Below are positions 8,919 through 17,833 of a stretch of DNA of 64,000 nt, in pieces. The translations under genes and the position numbers were made by a program. Location of the stretch: contig JAUXUT010000149.1 in NCBI GenBank assembly GCA_030680695.1, positions 39,801 through 103,800 on the forward strand, in the 5' to 3' direction. Source of the DNA: a bacterium. GTDB taxonomy: Bacteria > Patescibacteriota > Minisyncoccia > Phycocordibacterales > UBA6065. The stretch's first letter is position 1, and each line of letters starts with the position of its first letter. The notes under the pieces are model-generated. The model made no database searches and was not told the origin of the DNA. It worked only from the letters and a program-made list of their open reading frames with translations.

Positions 8919-9560
8919 TCAACTCCTCTCTTGTACGGGGCTGTCTGTAAGAGAGGATCGATCGACTAGCATGTCCGCCATCACCACCAATCGGTGAGAG
9001 TAGCTTTTCGTTTCCTTGTTCCATATCCCTTCGCAGGTGATGAGGTTAAGGTGCGCCTTGCCGTCTGTTGAATTGAATACCTCAGCAGTCGGGTCATGTT
9101 CGCCGTACATCGTGCTCGTGCGAACGATGAACGGTATTACATTTCCATCCTCATCCTCTACATAGATCATGTCTCCAGGCACGAGTTTGTCGAGATCGTC
9201 GAAGATAGCCGGTATCCCACCCTTGAATCCCGCGTGACCGTCGATGACCGCACTCCCTATTTCTCCGGGTCGGGGCCCCAGATAGAACCATCCTGCCGTC
9301 CGCGGCCCGTATGGCGCATCGAGGGCCCCTTGAGGGGTGATGCCGACTTGCTCGATTTTGGTATCGACTCCGATCTTTGGGATGCTCAAATGCACCGGTA
9401 TTCCTGCTGCACGGGCCGTCGTGTCTGTCGTTTGGACCGAGGCGACAGGGGGCGATGCCCTCATCTCATGGGGGACAAGTATCACGAGCGCGGCCAAGGC
9501 AATCCCGATGAGCAGAGCCTTGGTCGCAGAAAGCAGCCCCTCACAAGACAGGGCCCTCAT
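8919..9560 (-). CDS. Class F sortase
   Basis: GSAVIDGH, LNLITCEG.W, YSHRLVV (His-Cys-Arg triad); N-terminal TM anchor. Confidence 0.92.
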   Translation of the reverse strand: MRALSCEGLLSATKALLIGIALAALVILVPHEMRASPPVASVQTTDTTARAAGIPVHLSIPKIGVDTKIEQVGITPQGALDAPYGPRTAGWFYLGPRPGEIGSAVIDGHAGFKGGIPAIFDDLDKLVPGDMIYVEDEDGNVIPFIVRTSTMYGEHDPTAEVFNSTDGKAHLNLITCEGIWNKETKSYSHRLVVMADMLVDRSSLTDSPVQERS

Positions 9561-10708
9561 TAGCGCTTCGAGAACGCTCTCGTAGCCGAGAAGGCGAAGA
9601 TCGAACTCAGGCTAAGCATGATGATACTGAACACAATCATGTTTTTCGGGGAAGTCTCGCCCGAGAGGCCCGCATTCGGGAAAGAAGGCGCGTATGCTCC
9701 AGAGATATCTATCATGATATCTGCGCTCGTGGGCGAAACCGCGTTTACGACAGCCGCCGGGCTGGTGCTCGCTGACGTGGTTTCCACATCGCTTCGTGGG
9801 CCTCGCGTGCTTGAACCGCTTCCGCTCGATCCCGTACCGCTCGAATTCAATGCGAATCCTGGTACGCTCACAGGTGCGATGACGAGCGCTGGAGTGCTGA
9901 TCTGGTTTGCATCGAGAGTCACCTGAGTCTGAGCGAGAGCTCGTCCGTTAAGGACTGCACCGGTCTGGATGATGACCTGGGTTGCGCTTAGGATGGTTCC
10001 GTTGAAGGTGGAGAACGTTCCGAGAGTCGCTCCGGTCCCTCCTCCTACCTGCCAAAAGACATTGCCCGCCTGTGCCCCGCCGACTAGATTGACCTTTATG
10101 CCTGCAGGCACACTGGCTCCCGATGCTATACTGAGATTTCCGGCGATCTGGAATATCCAGACATCGTTTACACCTCCCGAAAGAGTGACGTCCGTCGGGA
10201 TAGAGACATTCGTGCTCCATTTATAGAGTCCTGGGGCGAAGGTTTGGCCTCCGAGGTTTCCGGCAAAAAGCTCTGTGCCGTCAGGAAGTGTCCTTCCTGC
10301 CGCATCGTTATAGGCGGTTACCATGTCGAGCACCGCGGTGTCTACAAAGGTCTTGTTCGAGAGGGGAGGATTGCCTGCGAAACATGTCTGCGATCCGCTG
10401 CCAACATACGCCGCGTTGACGCCGTATATGGTGCCGTTGATCTGAGAACAGAAGACGTCGTTCATCGCTGCCGCCGTTATCGGACTCGAGCCGATGTTGC
10501 CGGTTATAGCCGTAGTATGACCACCCGTCTCCGTTATTCCGGTTTGCGAGAGTATAGTGAAGTTGCTCGCCGACAAGAGATTAATCGCGGACGGTCCTGC
10601 TGCCAGGGCGATGCTCGGAATTGTTACGCCCATGAAGAAAAACACCGCTGTTGCAGCAAGGGCTGCGGTTCGATTCAACTTTTTCATATTCTTACTTTTA
10701 TTCGTCAT
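9560..10708 (-). CDS. DUF3494 ice-binding-like protein with sortase sorting signal
   Basis: Signal peptide; NLGGQTFAPGLYK, VWIFQI, NVFWQVG, FNGTIL, LNGRALAQTQVTLDAN; C-terminal FPNAG plus TM plus basic tail. Confidence 0.92.
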   Translation of the reverse strand: MTNKSKNMKKLNRTAALAATAVFFFMGVTIPSIALAAGPSAINLLSASNFTILSQTGITETGGHTTAITGNIGSSPITAAAMNDVFCSQINGTIYGVNAAYVGSGSQTCFAGNPPLSNKTFVDTAVLDMVTAYNDAAGRTLPDGTELFAGNLGGQTFAPGLYKWSTNVSIPTDVTLSGGVNDVWIFQIAGNLSIASGASVPAGIKVNLVGGAQAGNVFWQVGGGTGATLGTFSTFNGTILSATQVIIQTGAVLNGRALAQTQVTLDANQISTPALVIAPVSVPGFALNSSGTGSSGSGSSTRGPRSDVETTSASTSPAAVVNAVSPTSADIMIDISGAYAPSFPNAGLSGETSPKNMIVFSIIMLSLSSIFAFSATRAFSKR

Positions 10709-10886
10709 TATATTGATGCATGTACAGCTTGGTAACGGTAGGGATCAGAGGTGTCGTTATTCGGTGCATTACATATGATAGCATTTTTACACAAAAATAG
10801 CTTATGATTGTCAATACTAGGACACGCTTTTTAAGAATGCGTTATCGACAGCATATTTAGGGCCTTGGGGCGATGAATCGCGGTCG

Positions 10887-11681
10887 CTAGAGGGCGTTGA
10901 ACGCGCGTTCCTTCATATGTCTTTCGGCCTCGTTGACGATTTTCTCCATCATGGCCACGGCCTCGACGGGGTATTTACCCACGGACGTTTCTTCGGAAAG
11001 CATGACAGCATCGGAACCCTGGAGTATGGCGTTTGCGACGTCGGTCACTTCAGCGCGAGTGGGGAAAGACTTTTCCTTCATAGACAACAGCATTTCGGTT
11101 GCAGTTATGACGGGTTTCCCGGCAGCGTTTGCGACCGCAATGATTTTAGCTTGTGCAAATGGCAGTGTTTCGATGGGAATGTTCGTGCCAAGGTCCCCGC
11201 GAGCAACCATGACGGCGTCTGCCGATTCGACGATTGAATCGATGTCGGCGAGGGCTTCGGCTCGCTCGATTTTGGCGATGAGTTTTTGCGTGCCGCCGAG
11301 CTTTGTAAGAGCCGCACGCGCATCATCGACATCCTGGGCTGATCCAATAAACGAGAGGGCGATATAATCGACGTTTTTCTCGACGCAGAATTTCATGCTT
11401 TCAATATCTTCATTGGTGAGCACCGACGCGCCTTTTTGGTATGTGTGACCGTTCTCGTTCTGGACTCGTGGGCCAGAGAGGTCCGCGATGATTGGTAGTT
11501 TCCTGCCAATCTTATTCTCGACCGACCGAACGGTGTCGATCTGGGCGGACTTTTCAGCGAAATCTCCCCATGCGAAGTTGAGACGTGCGATATCGGCCTG
11601 GCACGCAGTCATAGAAGTAAATACGGCCTCGTTCGATGATGCGGGTCCGATGGTGACGATTATCTGGGCTTTGGATGGCAT
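10887..11681 (-). CDS. pyk: Pyruvate kinase, minimal barrel-only form
   Basis: IVTIGPAS, ARLNF, DLSGP, IAKIE, MVARGDLG, ATEMLLSM, PTRAEVTDVANA, MLSEETSVGKYP. Confidence 0.9.
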   Translation of the reverse strand: MPSKAQIIVTIGPASSNEAVFTSMTACQADIARLNFAWGDFAEKSAQIDTVRSVENKIGRKLPIIADLSGPRVQNENGHTYQKGASVLTNEDIESMKFCVEKNVDYIALSFIGSAQDVDDARAALTKLGGTQKLIAKIERAEALADIDSIVESADAVMVARGDLGTNIPIETLPFAQAKIIAVANAAGKPVITATEMLLSMKEKSFPTRAEVTDVANAILQGSDAVMLSEETSVGKYPVEAVAMMEKIVNEAERHMKERAFNAL

Positions 11682-11706
11682 GACGTCAGTATATCACTGC
11701 GTGAGG

Positions 11707-12885
11707 CTAGCCGTGCGAATGACCGTGATGCGCACTCGCGTGTTCAAGAGCCCTTTTTTCTGCCTCGATTGTTTCTTCATCAGCTCTTTTTGGCTTCACG
11801 AGCATCAACACAGCAATCATGGTTGTCGCAGGCACAGTAAGGATAAGACCAATCGAACCGACCATGGTTCGGACTATTTCAGTTGCGAATATTTCGCGGT
11901 TCAAGATGAGCCCAGCCGATTCGGATGTATAAGAGAACATGAGAAGAAGGGGAAGAGATGCGCCGACATAGGCGATGGCGAGGGTATTCACGAGGGCGCC
12001 GATGTGTTCGCGACCGATACGAACAGCACGGGCGTATATCGTGCGGCGGGGCAGGTGCGGGGCAACGCGATGCAGTTCCTCTACGGATACAGCTTGGCCG
12101 ATGGCCGCGTCATACATAACACCAAGAAGACCGATCAGTATTCCGCCTAAGAGAAGTCCGGCGAGGTCTATGGTCCCGCCAGAACTGAAGTTGAGGTATA
12201 CCGCCTCGTCTGCGCCGAACCCTGTGAGGCTTGCCCATCCGATAGAAAGTTTTGCGAGTAGTCCCACGAGCGACACAGTGGCAATCATACCTACGACCGC
12301 GGCCGTTGTGGTCTTGTTGAAACCATGTGTCACATACGAACCAAGGACGATGATGAGCGACGATACACCGACAGCCACCAAGACAGGGGAATGGCCAGCC
12401 AGAATACCCGGTATGAGGACGAAGGCAATAACGGCAAATGATCCGGCGAGTGAAAGCAGACCACGCAGACCCTGCTTGCCTCCAAATACAACAGTGGCGA
12501 TTATGAACATAATCGTGAGCAACCAAAGAGCCGTGCCGCGATATGGATCGGCCACGCCGTATTGAATGATGTTACTGTCCCAATGGGTAACGCGTGAAAG
12601 GTAGAACTTGTTGCCTTTGTCGAGCATGACGAGGTCGTTTACAAGTTGAATAATCTGGCCCTTGCTCTCACCTTCGAGTATTTCCGCACGCAGTGTTTGG
12701 ATGTCGTGCTCGACTTCGGTTCCAGGGATGAACTCGACGCCTTCATTTACGACTTCTACGACCCGAGCCTTGAGTTTCTCGTATTTGTCTTGGACGAGTT
12801 CTTGCGCAACCGCCACCATTGGAAAGGTGAAGATGGCGAGGAAGACTATGAAAGCGAGCGCGGCTTTTATGCGCATGATTTGCAT
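11707..12885 (-). CDS. YibE/F family membrane protein
   Basis: GILIGLLGVMYD, IGREHIGALVNTLAIAYVGASLP, EIVRTMVGSIG; His-rich tail. Confidence 0.92.
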   Translation of the reverse strand: MQIMRIKAALAFIVFLAIFTFPMVAVAQELVQDKYEKLKARVVEVVNEGVEFIPGTEVEHDIQTLRAEILEGESKGQIIQLVNDLVMLDKGNKFYLSRVTHWDSNIIQYGVADPYRGTALWLLTIMFIIATVVFGGKQGLRGLLSLAGSFAVIAFVLIPGILAGHSPVLVAVGVSSLIIVLGSYVTHGFNKTTTAAVVGMIATVSLVGLLAKLSIGWASLTGFGADEAVYLNFSSGGTIDLAGLLLGGILIGLLGVMYDAAIGQAVSVEELHRVAPHLPRRTIYARAVRIGREHIGALVNTLAIAYVGASLPLLLMFSYTSESAGLILNREIFATEIVRTMVGSIGLILTVPATTMIAVLMLVKPKRADEETIEAEKRALEHASAHHGHSHG

Positions 12886-13274
12886 ATACCAAAGAATTCT
12901 AGGGAATGGTCGGTGATGACGGAAAAGCGTTTGGATTTAATGCCGGCCACCGCGCCTTCGATGGCACATGTGTCGATGTCTTCGACTGTGCCGCACGATG
13001 TACACACGATGTGGTGATGATGGTGGCGTCCGACGGACATTTCATAGCGCACAGCGTCAGGGCCGAGATGCACCTCGCGCACGATACCCGCCTCGACGAG
13101 TGAACGGAGCGACCGGTACAGGGTGCTCTGGTTCGGGACTTTAACTTTTCTTGATATTTCCTTTATCGAGAGGGGATAGCGTTCGGCCACAAGGGCTGCA
13201 ACAAGGCCAATACGAGCCTTGGTGGCCTTCGTTCCCGTTTCGCGCAGCATGTCTGCTATGGCGTGGGTTTTCAT
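12867..13274 (-). CDS. Fur family regulator (Zur-like)
   Basis: STLYRSL, HHHHHIVCTSCG, FFGICKSC. Confidence 0.93.
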   Translation of the reverse strand: MKTHAIADMLRETGTKATKARIGLVAALVAERYPLSIKEISRKVKVPNQSTLYRSLRSLVEAGIVREVHLGPDAVRYEMSVGRHHHHHIVCTSCGTVEDIDTCAIEGAVAGIKSKRFSVITDHSLEFFGICKSCA

Positions 13275-13295
13275 ATATGCATTATAGCCGTGCTC

Positions 13296-14099
13296 CTAGC
13301 GAAGCGCCAAGGTCTCTGTGGTTTCGTCGTGGCCGTCTTCCTCGCCTTCGTGTGCATGAGGGGCGACGATTGATACGGCGAGCATAAGGATTAGACCGAG
13401 AGCAGCCGCAGCGACGTGCTTGCCAGCCATGCCGTGGTCACGTATTGATTTGACCGTGTTCGGTACAAGGTCCCTTGCGATGAGATATATGAATCCTCCT
13501 GCTGATACTGAGATGAGGATTTCTTCAGCACCTTCAGTTGATACAAAGATTGCGGCTACTGCCACACCAACAAGGATGGACGATGCAGCGATAAAGCTTT
13601 TGGTCAGAGCTTCCTTGTTGGAATATCCCGCCTCTTTGAGGACGAAGAATTTTGCGGTCTCTTGGACGAGCTCATGAACAAAGATTGCTACGGTCGCGAT
13701 AAGGCCCGCAATCGGACTGGCGATGTAAGCAGGTACAAGTATGAAGCCGTCAGTGACGTTGTGCACCGCATCGCTTGCCAGAAGTCGGCGGGCATCAATA
13801 GGGGTGTGGGTATGAGCCGTGATTTCGTGGTGATGATGGTTGTTGGGGATGAGGCGCGCCGTGATAGCGATAACGGCGGCTCCGATGACGCCTGCAAGCG
13901 CGGCGCGCCAGAACCCGGCATGTTCTATGGCCTCGTATCCAAGCGTCCACACAAGGACGCCAAATACACCAATCGAAAATGAAGCAAGGTAATGGATGTT
14001 ACGAACCATCCATGAAGCAGGGCCGCGGCGAATAAACAGTACACCGACGAGCGAAGGGACCATGATAAGAAGGGCCGAGGCAAATGCAAAATATATCAT
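13296..14099 (-). CDS. ZIP family metal transporter
   Basis: His-rich loop; DAVHNVTDG, FVHELVQE, AGGFIY. Confidence 0.92.
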   Translation of the reverse strand: MIYFAFASALLIMVPSLVGVLFIRRGPASWMVRNIHYLASFSIGVFGVLVWTLGYEAIEHAGFWRAALAGVIGAAVIAITARLIPNNHHHHEITAHTHTPIDARRLLASDAVHNVTDGFILVPAYIASPIAGLIATVAIFVHELVQETAKFFVLKEAGYSNKEALTKSFIAASSILVGVAVAAIFVSTEGAEEILISVSAGGFIYLIARDLVPNTVKSIRDHGMAGKHVAAAALGLILMLAVSIVAPHAHEGEEDGHDETTETLALR

Positions 14100-14122
14100 C
14101 GCACTATGCTAACAGGGTCAAA

Positions 14123-14151
14123 ATCTAAATGCAAATCATTTGCATTTAGAT
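14123..14151. promoter_or_regulatory. Putative Fur/Zur operator in the ZIP promoter
   Basis: Perfect 14-1-14 palindrome ATCTAAATGCAAAT-C-ATTTGCATTTAGAT just upstream of extended -10 TGTTAGCAT of the ZIP gene. Confidence 0.8.
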
Positions 14152-14161
14152 ATGTTCTAAT

Positions 14162-14632
14162 TTAGATGGCGAGAAAGTATCCGTCGGCAGTTCGGTAGAT
14201 GCTGAGCGATGCGGGAATACCTCGCACCCAAAGGCCTTTGCGTGGGCCAGCCTGGGTCCATCCTGTATCACGCATATTGGAAGGTTTTACGCTGTACGAG
14301 ATGTCAGCCCAGATTTGGCGATCGGTAGATGTGGCGATTGCGAGTGAGTCGAGAGAATACGCGCTGATGTGAACCTGGCGGCAACCAGACATTTCCATAT
14401 ATCCGTTCATGAGGTTATCAAAGACCGCACGCGCGATGTCCTCGTCGTTCGAAAAATCAGTCGATGTGGCCCGGAGGAACAGGGCAGTGGCGTCGCCCGT
14501 GCATTGGCCGGCGGCTTGTTCCTCGGCGATGGACTGGCCTATGATGCCTTTATGATTCGCGAATCGATATCCTGCGAGAAGGACGATAATAATGGCCGTG
14601 ACGATTAGTATTTTCTTGTTCATAGTTTCCAT
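14162..14632 (-). CDS. Hypothetical membrane-anchored protein
   Basis: N-terminal TM; TACAAT 6 nt before ATG. Confidence 0.7.
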   Translation of the reverse strand: METMNKKILIVTAIIIVLLAGYRFANHKGIIGQSIAEEQAAGQCTGDATALFLRATSTDFSNDEDIARAVFDNLMNGYMEMSGCRQVHISAYSLDSLAIATSTDRQIWADISYSVKPSNMRDTGWTQAGPRKGLWVRGIPASLSIYRTADGYFLAI

Positions 14633-14650
14633 GCGGGGATTGTATCACGG

Positions 14651-15067
14651 CTAGGCGCGCTTTTCGTAGCTTTTTCGTTCAATAGCAATGACGAGAGCAA
14701 GCGCCAGAATAAGGATATTTTTGATGATGTATTGTCCTTCGAGGGAAGGCTGAAGAAAACCAGTCCATGACATAGCAGGCGCGAGGAGCAATGGCCCCGT
14801 CGTCATAGCGACGTGTGGCACCAACAGTATGAGCGCCGCCAATTGGACATGCGGGATAAGGAGAAGTACGCCAATGATGATCTCGAATATGCCCAGACCA
14901 ATGATGAATTGTTCGAATCCGATGAACGGTATGGTTCGAGCGAGAAGATCAGCGACGAGGGGATTTGCCGGGCTTGCATCAAATAGTTTGAGTGCACCGA
15001 ACCATATATAGACCATAGCGAGCGACCAGCGCGCGAAAAGATACATGAACCGTTCCTGTTTTGTCAT
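14651..15067 (-). CDS. DoxX-like membrane protein
   Basis: RWSLAMVYIWFGALK..SPA, EGQYIIKN; start ATG 15067 after TACAAT. Confidence 0.8.
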   Translation of the reverse strand: MTKQERFMYLFARWSLAMVYIWFGALKLFDASPANPLVADLLARTIPFIGFEQFIIGLGIFEIIIGVLLLIPHVQLAALILLVPHVAMTTGPLLLAPAMSWTGFLQPSLEGQYIIKNILILALALVIAIERKSYEKRA

Positions 15068-15150
15068 GAGCACATTGTAGTACGTGGCTCGGCAATGAGG
15101 CAATGTTAGGAAAGAAAAAAGGCCCGCGACCGGAGGTCGCGGGCCGAAAA

Positions 15151-15657
15151 TCACGCCCCAAGGAACGTCGTCCTCCGGTGCAGGACATCAAAGTGCACAC
15201 CGTGTCCCCAAAGTGGGGAAGGCACAGTGACTACCATATCGAGAGCCTTGCCGATTCGGTAAGGGAGCTCTGTGGCGAGCCCCTTGTGGGTGAAAACGAC
15301 GAGCGTCCTCAACCCGACGAACCGTGAGACCACATCGAATGCGGCTTCAACGTCGCATCTTTCAAAGCTCGAGAAGAGCTCTTCGAATACGGCGTTGCGG
15401 GCAGATCTGTTGATGAGGAGGCCAATGGACTGGATGAAGAACCGAAGGCTCTCCACCGCAGAGATGTCGTGCGACGAGATTACTCCCGTGCCGTCCTGTT
15501 TGACGATGTCTCGTTCGACGAGGTTTCTTGCTCGATTACCGAGCCTCGTCTGCCCATTGGGCGTGATCGATGCCTTTGTACATTCTTCGTGCCGAAGCAC
15601 GATGATGTGCTCGAGCGCGCCTGGGAAGGCGTGCGCGGGCGGGGCAACTTTTTTCAT
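15151..15657 (-). CDS. Hypothetical protein, degenerate histidine-phosphatase (SixA-like) fold
   Basis: IIVLRHEE...ITPNG...LVVFTH. Confidence 0.55.
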   Translation of the reverse strand: MKKVAPPAHAFPGALEHIIVLRHEECTKASITPNGQTRLGNRARNLVERDIVKQDGTGVISSHDISAVESLRFFIQSIGLLINRSARNAVFEELFSSFERCDVEAAFDVVSRFVGLRTLVVFTHKGLATELPYRIGKALDMVVTVPSPLWGHGVHFDVLHRRTTFLGA

Positions 15658-15717
15658 GAGGAACTATTTTGTGGGTTGAGGGGGTTTGCGTTAAATTGTG
15701 GGGTATATAATTAGGTT

Positions 15718-16011
15718 ATGCAAGAAACAACTGATGACACAAAGAAACCTTGGTTTAAAAGGAAGATATATGGTTGGGGCTGGTATCCTGCAACTTGGCA
15801 GGGATGGCTCGTCACGCTCGCCTATGTGGTGGTGATATTCGCGGCGGCTGCGACGGTGGACGATGGTTCGCCTGCACGTGAAGTTATTTTCACTTTTGTG
15901 CTTCCGTTGGTATTGGCCACAGGTGCGTTCATTCGCATTGCATACCGCACGGGTGAGAAGCCGAGGTGGCAGTGGGGACGGACGAAGAGTGATGAAGCGG
16001 AGCGGAAATAG
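15718..16011 (+). CDS. Hypothetical small membrane protein
   Basis: WFKRKIYGWGWYPATWQGW plus two TMs; TATAAT 6 nt before ATG. Confidence 0.8.
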   Translation: MQETTDDTKKPWFKRKIYGWGWYPATWQGWLVTLAYVVVIFAAAATVDDGSPAREVIFTFVLPLVLATGAFIRIAYRTGEKPRWQWGRTKSDEAERK

Positions 16012-16049
16012 TGTCCTGGGCATTGATTGCATAAACAGAAACAATATCC

Positions 16050-16735
16050 GTGATATCAGACGAAACTAAATCAATCCTTAACAGGATATATAAAAGCGAA
16101 AACAACTGGAAAGCTACGCATCTCGCTGTTTGGCATTTTGATGATTATTTACAAAAGGAATACCTCGAAGAACGAATCTTTCTTAGTGGGGTAGATTCTG
16201 GAACTGCCCATATCCAAAGGTATAAAAAAATAAGCGACGCTGATTTTGTTGTTGATTTTAAACTTCCCGCATCTAAAAGCGGCTTTAAAATATATAAGAC
16301 GAGTGAGTTGAGGAAGTTTTGACATCCAGTGATAATCAACTTGTCTTCGGACATTTAGTGATTTTAATGTCATTGTTTGAGTCTCTTTTGATTTCTATAA
16401 AACCAGATTTTGAAAAGCCTAGTCCGAAAACTGGTTTCTCTCATCGTATTGACAACTTTTTCTCAAGTACTAATTATGGGACGCTTCTAGTTGATAAAGA
16501 AAAAGAAGAGCTTCATTTAGCTAGAGAGACCAGAAATTGCTATATACACAACAATGGAAATATAGACACTCGTTTCGTTACAGCCTATAAAAATGCGAGA
16601 GGGGATAGCCACAGCGATTTTTCAGGAAAAAGTTTGAGTACAGTATTTCCTGAATTATTCAAAGAAATAGAAACCTGGAATGAACTTATTTCGAGTATTT
16701 CAAAAAGGATAGAGGAAGTTTTGTTAGTAAAATGA
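16050..16735 (+). pseudogene. AT-rich HEPN-like (RxxxxH) gene split by an apparent frameshift
   Basis: ORFs 16050-16322 and 16319-16735 join as ...TSE(L)EEVLTSSDNQ...; RNCYIH motif in the second half. Confidence 0.55.
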
Positions 16736-16753
16736 CGTAAAATTGTTTTTGTC

Positions 16754-16859
16754 GGTCACGGATAATTTCCTCGCCGACGCTCGGAAATTTCCGCGACCCC
16801 GGCTCGCGGCCGCGCCTACTGGCGCGGCATCCGCTCCGCCTTTCTACTCCCAGCATCTC
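16754..16859 (-). repeat. Structured multi-hairpin element containing an inverted copy of the tmRNA 3' end
   Basis: Hairpins GGTCACGGA..TCCGCGACC and GCCGCGCC-TACT-GGCGCGGC; ACTCCCAGCATCTC (16846-16859) is the reverse complement of 16915-16928. Confidence 0.6.
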
Positions 16860-16870
16860 TTCTCATTCAG

Positions 16871-16910
16871 ACAATCAAAAAGACTGCCGAAGGGCAGTCT
16901 TTTTGATTGT
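16871..16910 (-). terminator. tmRNA terminator
   Basis: ACAATCAAAAAGACTGCC-GAAG-GGCAGTCTTTTTGATTGT, 18-bp stem. Confidence 0.85.
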
Positions 16911-16912
16911 TG

Positions 16913-17305
16913 TGGAGATGCTGGGAGTCGAACCCAGGTGCACATGATCCTTCTCAACACTTCTACGCGATGTAGCTATTCTTTACCCCGATTAAGGGGT
17001 GTTAGGGCCGAGGGCTCGAGGAATAGCAGAACGCCCTTGACCCGATCCTCGTCGGCCGAAGCCGTTTACCGTGGGGAGAGGAGTCCCCGCGGCTATCCTG
17101 CATCTATGTCGCTGCTTGCCGGCGCGTCAGGAATGCACCGGGGCATCGTCGCTTAGGCTAGAGCGTAAGCGAATGAGAAATCCTTTGCCGCGAAAAACGG
17201 CGATTTGATGGATTTAGCATTTGTGGGTTCGGACAGATTAAAGAGTTATCCGGGCTCTATCGCGCATGAAGAGAAGGGAAGCATATGTCTATGCCTTTCA
17301 TCCCC
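16913..17305 (-). ncRNA. ssrA: tmRNA
   Basis: 5' GGGGATG pairs with 3' CATCTCC-A (G3-U70); T-arm CTGGG-TTCGACT-CCCAG; tag ORF 17218-17153 AKSIKSPFFAAKDFSFAYALA*; adjacent to smpB. Confidence 0.95.
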
Positions 17306-17341
17306 ATTGTTGTGCCGCCGCGTCGCGCGGCGGCTCGATCG

Positions 17342-17785
17342 CTATTGTTCTTTCAAGGTTCTCTGAATATGACGGTCGGTCTCGCGTTTCTTTATGGCGT
17401 GGCGCTTGTCGAATTGTTTCTTGCCGCGTGCCACTGCAATCTCCATTTTCAGCTTACTCCCCTTATTATACACCCTAACAGGGGTAATTGTCAAGCCAGC
17501 ACCGCCCTCGAGCGAAGCCATTTTGCGCAGTTCAGCCTTGGTAAGGAGGAGGCGAATAGGCCGGCCCTTTTCGGCATCGGCAGGTATATTGGTTGCCTGG
17601 TATGGGGGGATTTCCAGGTTGATGACGAAAGCCTCGCCGCCGCGCACGATGACATGCGAACCGTCGAGCGACGTCTTATGCTTGCGCATGGATTTAACCT
17701 CGTGCCCAGCAAGCTCCATGCCTGCCTCGAAGCGTTCGAGGATATCGTAGTTATATTCAGCTTTACGGCTTTCAGTTCGCGCCAT
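17342..17785 (-). CDS. smpB: SsrA-binding protein
   Basis: EAGMELAGHEVKSMR, RLLLTKAE, ARGKKQFDKR. Confidence 0.97.
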   Translation of the reverse strand: MARTESRKAEYNYDILERFEAGMELAGHEVKSMRKHKTSLDGSHVIVRGGEAFVINLEIPPYQATNIPADAEKGRPIRLLLTKAELRKMASLEGGAGLTITPVRVYNKGSKLKMEIAVARGKKQFDKRHAIKKRETDRHIQRTLKEQ

Positions 17786-17833
17786 TCCGATATGCTATCA
17801 CATCCAGACGCACTGTTCTGATATACTGTTTTT

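Noticed and set aside
8857-9024. N-terminal extension of IF-3 in the ORF track
   Set aside because: It overlaps the sortase gene; infC normally uses a non-AUG start, and TTG 8856 gives a normal length.
16743-17478. ORFs 16743-17156 and 17266-17478
   Set aside because: They are antisense to tmRNA and smpB.
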